Below are positions 50,444-61,950 of a stretch of DNA of 64,000 nt, in pieces. The stretch is from Chrysemys picta bellii (taxonomy: Eukaryota). The notes beneath the pieces were generated by a model. The model ran no database searches and was not told the DNA's origin. It saw only the letters and a program-made list of their open reading frames with translations. A program made the translations under genes and the position numbers. The stretch covers positions 163,060,001 through 163,124,000 of the forward strand of contig NC_088791.1 in NCBI RefSeq assembly GCF_011386835.1, in the 5' to 3' direction. How positions within the stretch are numbered: position 1 is the stretch's first letter; every line of letters begins with the position of its first letter.

Positions 50444-50655
50444 GAGACAAGGTGGGTGAGGTAATATCTTTTATTGGACCAACCTCTGTTGGTGAAAGAC
50501 ATGCTTTCGAGCTACACAGAGCTCTCTTTCAGCTCTGTGTAGCTCGAAAGCTTGCTCATTCACCAACAGAAGTTGGTTCTGTAAAATATATTACCTCATC
50601 CACCTTGTGTCTCTAATATCCTGGGGCCAACATAGCTACAAGAACAGCACTGCAA
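50444..50655 (+). mobile_element. fold-back mini-element of a different Penelope pLTR family
   Basis: Imperfect arms of about 80 bp (50444-50523 / 50531-50613) plus tail; 14-bp TSD ACAAT(GA/CT)TATGTGG; GAGC...GCTC-GAAAGCTT hammerhead-like half. Confidence 0.8.
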
Positions 50656-51369
50656 ACAATCTTATGTGGCTGAGTTCTTCTAATTTTGATGTTTTTTCTA
50701 GATGGGGGTGGTCAGGGAATAGAATGTGCATGTAAACAAATTTATTTGGTGCAGGGTTTAAAAAAGGAGAAAACCATTGTTCTGCCACAGTTGAAGTAGA
50801 AGCAGCAACTAACAGGCAGGGTTAATCTTACAGGCATCTAGTTTGCCTTGGAAAATAATGGCTCTTTGCAGCCTTTAATTTGCTGGAAACCCTCAGTCTG
50901 ACTCTGTCATAGTAGTTTTTCTTTGTTAGTGCGTGGTGGTGGTTGTGGGTATTTTGTTTTGTTTTAAATAGCATTTGCTTTTCCTGTCAGCTGTACTCTG
51001 TGATACAGTGTTTAGAGATTTATGTTGGTTCTGGCAGGGGAGAAGGTGATGCTCCAGAGCGGACTGGGGTGTAAGTGAGAAAGCTAGTTGTTTTCACTTA
51101 TTATCCTTGGACATTTGTTTCACTGTGAAGGCTGAATATATTGTTCCTTAATAGCTTGAATTTCCTAGAGATGTCTCATCTTTTGATTTGTTGACCATCA
51201 TTGCTGTTTGGCTTTTAGCTATGTCATGAAATTTAAAGCCTCAAACTGACTTCTGGATTAATTCATTGCAGGAAGGATCTTTCCCACAATGATCATACTT
51301 TCTAGTAATGTCTTGAAAATGGCCCTTGTTTAATCCGGGAAGTCACTAAGATAACTTGCAGTGTTTCTA

Positions 51370-51540
51370 ACAGTTAGAACACAGGACAGGGAGTCAGGGT
51401 TCCTGGGTTGTAATCCTAGCATTGCCATTTTGCTTGAGTTGGGACCTAAAACGAATCAATTCATTTCTGTGCCAGCTTCCCAATCCCTACAATGGAGAAA
51501 ACAGTATTTATCAGCTACAAAAGGATGGTTAAGAGACTTC
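51370..51540 (+). mobile_element. MIR-like SINE
   Basis: GTTAGAACACAGGACAGGGAGTCAGGG..CCTGGGTT..AATCCTAGC..TTGCCA...TCTGTGCCAGCTTCCC...TACAATGGAG. Confidence 0.6.
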
Positions 51541-51904
51541 ATTAAAAGGACATTGTCAGGTTAATTTGGCCTCAAAGCTTCTACAGAACTAAAGACCAAA
51601 TGAAATGTTGGCATAAAGGTTTGCCTTTAATTCTAGTAGACACAGTATTTAAAAAAAAAAAAAAAAAAAAACTTGACCCTAATGTGTCAGCAACCAGTGC
51701 ACTGAGCTTGTGCAAGCCAGCCTGGAAATTATTATATGCAAAAGTGAGTCTGCTTTCATGATCCAGTCCAAAAGAAATAATAATAAAAAAAAATAAAAAG
51801 CAAATATATATTTTTAAATATGTTTGTTTCAGAAACAAAAGTTGCTGTTGCAAAAATTATTTTTGAAATGAAGACGACTTTTAACTTTATCTGCATGAAG
51901 ATGG

Positions 51905-52150
51905 TTCTGGAAGGTCTCCAGATGAAATTGAGGCCCCACTGTGCTAGGCACTTTGCAAACACAATGTGAGAGAGAGTCCTTATCCTGAAGAAATAACACT
52001 GTAAATAGACCAGATGCACAAAGGTTGGGTGAGGAAACAGAATAGTAAAGTCACTGGCCTGTGATCATGCAGCAGGCCAGGTGCAGAAACAGGAGTAGAA
52101 CTCAGGTTTCTTCACTCCTGTCCCAGTGTCTTGTCCCATTAGACTAAACT
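51905..52150 (-). mobile_element. MIR-like SINE (tail, core and head, antisense)
   Basis: GGCCCCACTGTGCTAGGCACTTTGCAAACAC (antisense tail), then GAGGAAACAG...TAGAACTCAGGTTTC...CTCC. Confidence 0.55.
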
Positions 52151-54690
52151 GTCCCCTCCCCCAACCTGAGTGGCCCTTTAACCATAACTCAGTGAGTTGC
52201 TTTGTTGAAAGTTGCCCGATAACAGTAATTATTACTATTTTCAATGAAGTTCAAAACCAAAACAGGGTGGCAATATAGGAATATTGGTGCTAAACATCAA
52301 GCAAACCTAAAAGGTTAGTTTACTTTTTAATGAAATTCCTTCTTCAAAGTATATACTGCTTTTTCATCTGGGAGCAGTGCTTCCTTTAAGCAATGTTTAG
52401 AGGGTCCTAGTTTGCAAGGGTAATCATTCCTTGCCTCCAGCAGAACTAGTTCAGGCCCCTGCATTTCTGAAAAGGTTCTCTTTGTGAATAATTGAATTTG
52501 TCTCTAGAGTTCAAGATTTCTTTTTCTGTGGGACCGACTGCCGTTCTTCTTTCTTCTTGGTTGCTGCTTACTGTAATTGAGGGAGAAGAATTGTATTGCA
52601 ATTGAGGTTTTTTGTGAACACGAAGTATAATGGAGGGGACCGGCATGACTTCCATGGAAAAAGTCATTTTTATCATTCAAAATGCCTGCTTCGGTGGTGA
52701 ATGCCTCTGCAGAAAATAATTAGAGGACCCCTACAGCCATCCCCCCCAAATTGGATACACTTACTGTCATAAAGTGGATGAGATGAATTTGAGTTATTCG
52801 ATGTGATGTACCGATATGAATTGTCAGTGCCATCTACTGGCTGCAAATAATAATTGGTCTCCTACATTCAGAAAATGTCAGACAAATACTAAATCCACAT
52901 AAGAGAATTCTGAGGGTGCTTGAAAGTACAAATAGTTTGCCTTCATAGAACACCTTTTTACATAAAGTGTTTGAGTGCTTTACAGAATGAAATGCACATT
53001 ATACAATCCAACCACTATCAAAATGATCCCACCTATGTGGTGGAAAGCAGTAACTATTCATAAACATAGCAACACTAAGTTTGAGGCAAAGATTGAAGAA
53101 AATTAGGAGACCCAAGTGGAACCTGCAGAAGGAATTCAAAGAGGCAGAAAGTAATTTCCGTAGCTGGAATTTAGACAAGGCACTGGGGCTAACCTCCCTA
53201 TTCTTACAAAAACAGGAGTTGGATCTCTAATGATGAACAGCTGTAGTATGTTTGTCTTAAGTCTTCTCCAAAAGACTCTGCTGGGGAGTCCCCCTCATGC
53301 TGTACTACCCACATCCAAAAAAACACTATCTCAAGCCTTACCTACACGGGCTTTTTCTTAATCTTTCAACCTTGCACTACCAGCAGTGCAGCTCAAAGAC
53401 CGCTTGGTACTAATGTACACTGACCTGCCACCAGGTCTTCTAGAGCTGCTTTTAAGCAGACATAGACCACATGGTGATAAAAAATTCAAGACTGCTACAC
53501 AGGGACACTTGCTGTGTGTGGCTAGCACCCATGGAGTTGCATCTCCAATGGAGAAACTCATTGTTGACAATCTCCAGCGTGCCGTCTACTGATCCATCAC
53601 CTCTGCAGAAACATTCTATTCAGTCTCCTAGCCCAGGCTTATTTAGCTTTGTGAAAGCTTACAGGTTCTCACAATGTTATGTGATATGACGGCAGAGACC
53701 TCTCCCTCCTGAGGGAAACCGTTTTTCTGTTAAAAGGTGGTGGTGATTTTGGATGGTTTTCATGCTCTCTGTTCATGAATATTACAAAGAAGCGCTTGGT
53801 GGTAGGGATACAGCTAGTAGGTGGAGATAAGTTTTGCATCTCAGATATAATTGTAGATTACATTGGCAGTTGTTACCTATTGATGTTGATCTTTCATTCC
53901 TGTGGACGGGATGTTATGTTCGGAGTAAGACTTGTGAAATCTGGAGGCAGGTTGGGGGGAAATGGCTTGCACATCAGCAAGCCACAACACGAATACTGAG
54001 TGACAGCACTCAACCAATGAAACTCAGTATAAAACCATAACATTGTCAGACCATCTCTCATTGGAGGAGCAAACTTTGAGGTCAGGCCAAATGACCTATT
54101 GACTAAAAAATGCTGCTGAGTGACCTTTGTGTGGATGCCTCCTACAACACACTGCCCTTGTGCTGTCTTTTCAAATTGTGATGTATGTTTTTGAGGTCAA
54201 TAAAAGCTGCTCATGAGGTTTTTCTGGCATGTCACACAAAAGCCTTTCCCCCAGTAGTTCAAAAGTTTGTTGCTGGGAACTGCTCAGCAGGGGCAGATAG
54301 AAGAACTCTATTCATGGATCCCCCTCAGACGTTTGGAGTTAAGTTGATTTGTCTTGGACTCTTGTTTTTGCAGCTGGCTGAGAAGTCAGCAGTTTACCTA
54401 TTGCTGCTATTCCATGAGTTGGAAACTGGGCAGTGCACGTCAGAGTGCATTTTTGCTTCTCCCAAATGACTGCTGAAAACTATGGTTTGAATGTCTTGTT
54501 GACCATACAGCACCTCTTTGCTTCCAAGAATAGACATGACTTTTACTATGTTGGCAGCACAACTGTCTTAAGGATGGGGTCAGGATTTAAAGTAATGAGG
54601 ACAAGAGATGGCAAGTAAATGTGTTACAAGCAAAGATTTACCCCCCAGTCGCCTATGTTTAGGAATGGGGATGCCGGATTCTAGCTCAGC

Positions 54691-54814
54691 TAGGGTGACC
54701 AGATGTCCCGATTTTATAGGGAAGATCCTGATTTTGGGGTCTTTTTCTTATATAGGCTCCTATTACCACCCACCCCCTGTCCTGATTTGTTACACTTGCT
54801 GTCTGGTCACCCTG
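54691..54814. mobile_element. hAT MITE (TAGGGTGACCAG family), 124 bp
   Basis: TIRs present (right one GGTCACCCTG); TSD AGCTCAGC / GGCTCAGC (1 mismatch). Confidence 0.92.
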
Positions 54815-57256
54815 GGCTCAGCTAGAGCATAGTTTCACTGATTGGTAATAGGGTCAGGTATTGCCTTTGTGTGAGGGGTACTCACCCTGCTTCTGTCTTG
54901 CTGTTTCGTTGTCATTTTAGAAAAAGTGATCCAAGGATGAGCAGAAGAAAAGGCTCAAAACCAATTTATTCTGTTTGGAAAAACCATTACCGGTGCACTA
55001 AACTTCCTAAAAAATATACCTTGAGCTGCATCTGAAAAGCAACTGTGTATAAAATAAATAGTTGACCACTGGAAGTGGGCAGCTCAGAGTTATTTTTGTG
55101 AAAATAGAGCCCTATTGCCATAAAATAAAGTGACACTGGTCCTCAGCATATATGGAGTTATTTATTAGGCCCTATGTGCATGCAACCAGCATGTTGTCAA
55201 TCTGTCTCTGTGAATCTGCATTGAGGACCACTAATTTTGGCTAAAACTGAAGCTCAGGCTTTGAAGTCCAGTTTAAAGTTTGCTTTTACATTATAAAACA
55301 AGCAGGAAAAACACAAAAACTCTTTTTAATGAAGAACAGCCACATGTCTTAAAAAGAATGTCAACAATTAATCTAACACACAAGGAAAGGGGATGAACAA
55401 AATTACTGGAGGAGAAACAGGCAGTGCTAGAATACTTTTTCTCATTTCTGTTTTGAAATTTGTCCCTTTATAAGGATATTGTACATTTCTTTACTGGAAG
55501 AGTGTACAGTTTAATGAAAAGATCTAAAATTAATCTAGTTCAGTGATACTCAGATCTCAGTGATTAGGGAACCAAAGTAGCAATCAACATTACCCAAAGA
55601 GCCACAGTAGTGTGAATTCATTGTTTCATTTACTATTTTATATATATTACAGCACATGGTATTAAAACACTGTTATTTTGTCCAGTGAGAAAATATATAT
55701 AATATTCTCACCGCAAAATGACTGACCAAGTATTCTACAATTGGTTAATAGGAAACACATTAAAGAGCCACTTACAGCTCCCAAGCGTCAATCTTAGCAT
55801 CCCTGATCTAGTTAAACCAGTACAAACCCTAATATAGATGTATTTAAACTGTTTGAACCTTGCTAAATTTGTATTTCTTTTCATTGGTAATTTACCAATT
55901 TAAAATAAATTATTTATACACCAGGGTTGGTTATAACAGCAGTTTAAATGCACCTATATTAGGGATTTGCACCAGTTTAAGTAGATTTAGTTAAAGTGGT
56001 GGGGAACTTGTCTAGTATAGACTAACCCCAAGTGTCCCCATCTGTAATAAAAGGCATGGACCTTACTGAAATGTGATTGAGCAGATTGGGAAATGTGACT
56101 TGGTGGGGGGGAGCAGTAAACAATAGGGATGCTGTGCAAGCTCCCAGAAACCCAAAACAATGCTGTAAGGAGGTGCGTCACCAGCAATAGTTCATCTGGT
56201 TTATGGTTTTACAAATGCTATGGGACAGTTCTGTGGGATTTCTGCTTCTTTGACACGGTGTAAATGGGGACAGGATTTACACAATCTGTATGCTCCAAGT
56301 GCAACAGTTGTAAATTTCAAGAAGCTGACAATGACAACACTGCAAACTCAGCCTGCAGGATTTTAAGTTGTACAGGATTTACCATACTAATTAGAACTTT
56401 CACCCACAATTCTGCAGTTTGTGATACTGTGGCAAATAATTAAATGGGAAACAGGACAAAAACAAAACAATTAATATAACTGGAAATACCCCAATGCACT
56501 AATTCTCCGACCAGTGAATGTAGCATGTGGATTGTACACCAAACTACTTTGGAGGCACATGTGAAGGAAAAAACACTGAAGAATGGATAAATAGATTGAT
56601 TCACCGATATTTTATGTAGTGCCATAGATGCATGTGGACCTTACCAAAATAAATAAACATGGAGTCCTTGCCAGGAAGAGCTTTCTAAGGGCCTGATCTT
56701 GCAAGCCTTTACTTACAGGAGTAATCTTTACAGTTTAGAGTAGTCCCATTGATTTCAACTGTGGTAGTAGTAGTAGTAATAGTAATGGTTTTAGCAACAC
56801 AGATGCTGTTAGCTCACATAATGTTGAACAAAGTTTTTCCTGCTCTACACTGAGTCCAAACCGTGTTCCGCATAATGTCAATTAACATTATAGTACAGAG
56901 GTGTTCATCAATAGTAAAATTTGCTCACCTCAATCAGGCCTGACAGGTTGAATTAACTTTGAGAACAAAATTCCTGTCTGCTCATTGACAGGTTCTTAAA
57001 AATGTAGGAGTACACTGCACAGCAAATAGTTGCATTTCTGTTAGTTACAATGCACCCCTGCTCTATACAGCACATCATATACACTTCTTAAACATTTAGG
57101 CTATTTTCAAGAAGTTTACATTCATCTTAATAACTGTGTCCATTCTGGAGTTCTATATAGAGAATGAGACAATACACTGGGTTTTGTATGTGAGCTGTAG
57201 AATATATGTGGTTTTCAATTTACAGTTTAGACAGCGTTTTCAGAAAGCATCTAGGG

Positions 57257-57478
57257 CAGTGGTTCTCAGACTTTTGTACCGGTGACCCCTTTCACACAGC
57301 AAGCCTCTGAGTGTGACCCCCCCCCTTATACACTAAAAACACTTTTTAACATATTTAACACCATTATAAATGCTTGAGGCAAAGTGGGGCTTGGGGTGGA
57401 GGGTGACAGCCCACAACCCCCCGTGTAATAACCTCGCGACCCCCTGAGGGGTCCCGACCCCCAGTTTGAGAACCCCTG
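57257..57478. mobile_element. hAT (Charlie/MER5-like) MITE, 222 bp
   Basis: TIRs CAGTGGTTCTCA / TGAGAACCCCTG; perfect TSD ATCTAGGG at 57249-57256 and 57479-57486. Confidence 0.93.
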
Positions 57479-57539
57479 ATCTAGGGTTTATATTTTGAAT
57501 AAATCAGCCATGATCTTTACAGAAAGGTTTTAAAAGATG

Positions 57540-57717
57540 AACTAATTTTACCACACCAGATGTGAAAACCTCAGTTTCCTGTCGACGTTGCTCTTCTCTG
57601 AAGCCACGCTGAAATGGTGTGTCTGGGTTGATCAGAAGTGTTGGCTTCCTTTACAAAGAACTTGCAGCAATCACTAAAACAACTATGGAAATGTTAATGT
57701 AACACCAAGTGATGAAG
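57540..57717 (+). promoter_or_regulatory. CD96: putative CD96 proximal promoter and 5'UTR
   Basis: RUNX ACCACA 57550-57555, E-box CAGATG 57557-57562, ETS TTTCCTGT 57575-57582, directly upstream of the signal-peptide exon; no TATA box; TSS not determinable. Confidence 0.6.
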
Positions 57718-57778
57718 ATGGAGAAAAGGTGGCCTCCCTGTGTGTTGTATTTGTTCATCCTAACACATCGTGTTGCTG
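57718..57778 (+). CDS. CD96: CD96 coding exon 1 (signal peptide MEKRWPPCVLYLFILTHRVA-G)
   Basis: Strong Kozak AAGATGG; resembles recalled human MEKKWKYCAVYYIIQIHFVKG; phase-1 donor G|GTAAGT at 57779 is in frame with the 61951 acceptor; alternative in-frame ATG at 57712. Confidence 0.85.
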
Positions 57779-58212
57779 GTAAGTAAGTGTTTTATGGACT
57801 GAGCTTCTTTAATTTGGAAAAACCTGTTTTAAATTTCACATTAAGGCAAAAATCAAACTGCTAACAATGATATTGTGTTTCAAGGCAACTTTTTCATAAC
57901 TACTGTAAGATACAGATTACTACTATTAAATGTTAACTAGATGTACTGACTAGCAAGTCAGCTTCTTCAAAGTTGTAAGCCATTTTCACAGTTTCTCTCA
58001 TTGCAAAGAACTCACTCATTTTAACAGAATATATGTTTTAGAAATGAGTGCTTCCCTCCTAACTGTGTGGGTTTTTTAACTTCCTCTTCCCCTCCCCTCC
58101 AAAACATGACCATTAATTGCAGAACCATGATACTGACTGCTTTGAAATCCTGGAAAGATTTTTTCCCGTCTGTGCACTGTATTAAGGGCTTGGAAGACAA
58201 GGCTATCACTGG

Positions 58213-58653
58213 GAGTATGTCTCTACAGCAGCTGGTAGGTATGATTCCCAGCACGGAAGGACAGACACACACTAGCTCTGTTCAAGCTAGCACATCAAAA
58301 AAGAGCCATGTGACCCTGGTAGCAAGTGCAACAGCTCAAGTTAGCTGACTGAATACAGTCCCACCTGGACCTAGGGTGACCAGATGTCCCAATTTTATAG
58401 GGACAGTCCCGATTTTGGGGTCTTTTTCTTATATAGGCTCCTATTCCCCCCCCCCCCCACCGTCCTGATTTTTCACACTTGCTGTCTATGGAAATGTTAA
58501 TGTAACCTGAACCCCCTGGCTACATACCTGAGCTGCCACCCGCACTGCCGTGGCCACATTGCTCTTCTTAGCCTGCTAGATAAACCAGAGCTAGTATACG
58601 TATGTCTACTCAAGCTGGGAATTACACCTCCCAGCTCCTATGTAGATATACCC
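58213..58653. mobile_element. old PIF/Harbinger-type MITE in CD96 intron 1, interrupted by a hAT MITE
   Basis: Ends GAGTATGTCTCTAC / TGTAGATATACCC; internal CTAGCTCTG...CAGAGCTAG like 40503-40791. Confidence 0.65.
58372..58487. mobile_element. hAT MITE (TAGGGTGACCAG family) lacking its right TIR
   Basis: Matches 957-1080 up to CTTGCTGTCT; the expected GGTCACCCTA and TSD are replaced by foreign sequence. Confidence 0.92.
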
Positions 58654-59211
58654 CCAGGGCGAGGCATTTTGAATATTAGAATAAGACTTTAGAGAAGGGA
58701 GAGCAACTTTGTCTGTATCAGGAGAGCTTAATCAAAACCAGCCTTGTTAAAAATTAGAGTGGGGCCTGAAACTCATAACGCTTCATTTGTGCATCTTGAA
58801 TTTTGAGGTATTTAAAACCCAGGGCTGAGTGTGCGTATGAAATTGTGACTTGAGTCCAATTTCCAATTAAAAAAATAAAGATGTTCCAGGTACTGCAAGA
58901 TGTATCTGAGTATGTTTATCAATGATTGCATATAGATGAGCAGGTCGGGGAAATTTCCTACTGCTGTAAGGGAAATTGATGATGATAAAAATGAAAAAAA
59001 AAAAGTAGTTTTATTTAGATAGAGAAGAAAAGAGCCAAGTAAGATGACTAATGAAAATCCATATTACATACAGAGAAACAATTGTCCATATTAAATCTCA
59101 ACAAAACAGAAGTTTCGGAAAAATCCTGCAGTTGTTTATCCAGGCTAAACTCCCATTAAACTTCTCTGCAGCTACAGGTGTTCTGCCCTAATAAAAATCA
59201 GAGCACTGAGG

Positions 59212-59470
59212 AAAACAGAACTGGAAGAGACCTTGTGGGTCATTTAGTCCATTCCCTAATATGGGAGACAGTCCTATCATATAATCCCATTCATAAATTT
59301 ATCAAGCTCCCTTTTAGAACTTCTTAGGTTGTTTGCCCTCAAAACTCCTATTGGAAAGCTGTTCCAGAACCTCCCTCCTCTGATGATTAGAAAGTTTCTT
59401 TTAATTTCCAGCCTAAATTTAATCATGCCCAGTGCACACCGATTTATTCTGGTGCCAACATAGTCCTTAC
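59212..59470 (-). mobile_element. CR1 3' fragment
   Basis: AGAACTGGAAGAGACCTTG..GGTCATTTAGTCCA...GCTGTTCCAGAACCTC..TCCTCTGATGATTAGAAAG...TTTCCAGCCTAAATTTA. Confidence 0.75.
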
Positions 59471-60225
59471 ACTTTAAACTTAAGTGTCTGAGTTGCCCAT
59501 GCTGCACGATACTCTGAATGGCTGGAACATCTTGCAAGAAAAGGGGTTAAGTATGGACATACGGGCATTTTAATTTTTTTTTAAATGTTGGGGTAAAATT
59601 GGAGTTGTTAAAACAATTGGCAAGATTTCAGTGCCAAGATGAGAGAGCTGCTGCACGCCTTTAGATAAAATGGACTCCATTAATTTGGTGCTGTGTTAAG
59701 CAATTAATAAAAAAAAGTTGAAGCATTAAAATGTGGCTTGATGTGGCTCTTTGTTCTAATATGTGCTATTAAAAATAATTTTCATTGCAAGTTATCTGTC
59801 TGGAAACTACCTAAGTGATGCTACCTCTTGAATATAACAGATGCCTTTAGTAAGTAGCGGTCTTAGATCAGCCTCTGTCATCATACTGGACAGATACTGA
59901 GATTTTTATTTAGGCAAATCTTCCACTTAAATCTTAACTTGCCCACCTTAGTCCCCTTTATTTTACTGTAAAGGATGTACATGATGGGGGGTATTAAAAT
60001 GCTGGCGCTAAGTGCATTTAACCTGACTATTTAGTCACATTGCTTTTCATGCTCTATTCACTCGGTTTCATATTTTGATTATTTTAGTACCAGTTTTTCT
60101 GCAACAAGCTCCTTGTGGGTTCACAGACCTGCCCACACTGCCCCAGTCCTGCAAGGAGTTCATTCGACTGTAAACCCTTCAGGGCCTGCATCTTGGCTTA
60201 ATAGCTGTCAATATAGTTCCTAGAG

Positions 60226-60538
60226 CAGGGGTCAGCAACCTTTCAGAAGCTGTGTGCCGAGTCTTCATTTACTCACTCTAATTTAAGGTTTCACATGCCA
60301 GTAATACATTTTAACATTTTTATAAGGTCTCTTTCTATAAGTCTATAATATGTAACTAAAGTATTGTTGTATGTAAAGTAAATAAGGCTTTTAAAATGTT
60401 TAAGAAGCGTCATTTAAAATTAAATTAAAATGCAGAGCCCCTCCCAGACTGGTGGCCAGTACCCAGGCAGTGTGAGTGCCACTGAAAATCAGCTCGCGTG
60501 CCGCCTTCGGCACCTGTGCCAAAGGTTGCCTACCCCTG
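60226..60538. mobile_element. non-autonomous hAT element, 313 bp
   Basis: TIRs CAGGGGTCAGCAACC / GGTTGCCTACCCCTG; perfect TSD TCCTAGAG at 60218-60225 and 60539-60546. Confidence 0.95.
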
Positions 60539-60627
60539 TCCTAGAGCACTATTAGCGCTGCATAAATGACAAATTAGTTCACTGCTGCATTACATGTCCT
60601 CGGTCTGCGCAGGCATTTAGGGGACTG

Positions 60628-60730
60628 TAGAACATAGAATCATAGAACTAGATGGCACCTCGAGAGGTCATCTAGTCCAGTCCTCTGCACTCATGGCAGG
60701 ACTAAGTATTATCTAGACCATCCCTGACAT
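60628..60730 (-). mobile_element. CR1 extreme 3' end
   Basis: Antisense terminal repeat TAGAACATAGAATCATAGAA followed by GAGAGGTCATCTAGTCCAGTCC. Confidence 0.8.
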
Positions 60731-61950
60731 GGTTACATATAACATAAAATCAAATTGCTATGTCCCTTTAAAAATTCATAATGAATAAAATGACTTGAGG
60801 GTGTTGGCTGCAGGGTGTGGGGAGGCACAAAAAGCTTGGAAAAGAGATGTAATAAATATGGCTCTGACCGTAGCTACACCATTTGGGAAGTGGGGGGAGG
60901 GGCGCATAGTGAGAATTTTCAAGGTGGTCTTTAAAGATGGGGAGAGGCTAAAAAGAATGATAAGGGGGAGTGAGCCCTACACCTGAGGGTGCTCATACAT
61001 ATCCATTTTTTCTGAAAGTTTCTCGTGACTGCCAAATACTTCATCGATCACCCTTTTATCTGTATGGCACTGTTTGGTTAAGTGGAGTTCTGCTGTAGGG
61101 GACTGCTCTGTGCAATGTCATCAATTGATAGCTACCTGGGAACTTCCTGCATATGAATATGCTGCATGCCATGTCTCTTGGAACTCAACAGAGACAGTGG
61201 AGATAGATCACAGAGTTATTTTCCCCCAGGAGGAAAAAGAAAGAGAAAAGGTCAATTTCACGGTGGCAGCAGCTATTTTAAAAAACAAAAACAAAAACAA
61301 AAACCCAGGCTGAAAACTTCTTTTCCTTTCACAAATGCATTAGCTCTGTATTTATATGGTGCACAAAGGACCTCAAAGTGCCTCAGAAAATTAAACTGAT
61401 ATACAAACCATACATGAGGAGGCTGCTTGCTCCAACGGTGAAATGCAGAAGCTGCCTAGCAAGGTCCATGTAAAAGAATACCTTTTCCTATTGAAACGGC
61501 AGGGGGAATTGAAAAAGGCAGAATGCAATTGGGCAAAACAGAATTAGCAAGCAGGATTAACGACTTCTTGGTTCTTGCAAAGAGAGCTGTGGAATAAGCA
61601 GTCCTGGCTTGTGCTTTACGTATCACTTGAAAGATCTCCACCTGCTAAGCTCCCCTTACTCTTTGGGTAGTATGATGAGCGCTCCCCATCCTGTTCAAGC
61701 TACTTGAGCCACTGCTTATTTTTTTTTCTCCAGTTCCTTTTCTGGAATCTGTACTAATGATTTACTACTTCCATCAATTGCTAAACCTTCTCACTGTATT
61801 TAATATTACAGTACTGTATTTTAGGCCCCAGCTTATTGTTCTATAGGTGTGTGTCTCTCTAGTGAAGGCACCAAACGGTGTTGAGAAGATTTAAAAGGGA
61901 GTTGTTTATGAGCATTGCTTGATTTGACAATTTTTCTGTTTCTTTTTAAG

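Noticed and set aside
53386-53592. 68-aa + strand ORF as an upstream CD96 exon
   Set aside because: Ends in a stop, has no signal-peptide or Ig features, and CD96 exon 1 is fully accounted for at 57718.
56258-56282. 8-bp inverted repeat GTGTAAAT...ATTTACAC
   Set aside because: Expected by chance in 64 kb of AT-rich DNA.
404-57000. Most 60-130 aa ORFs in the supplied track
   Set aside because: They are TE fragments, low-complexity sequence or of chance length, with no recognisable host protein or consistent exon chain.
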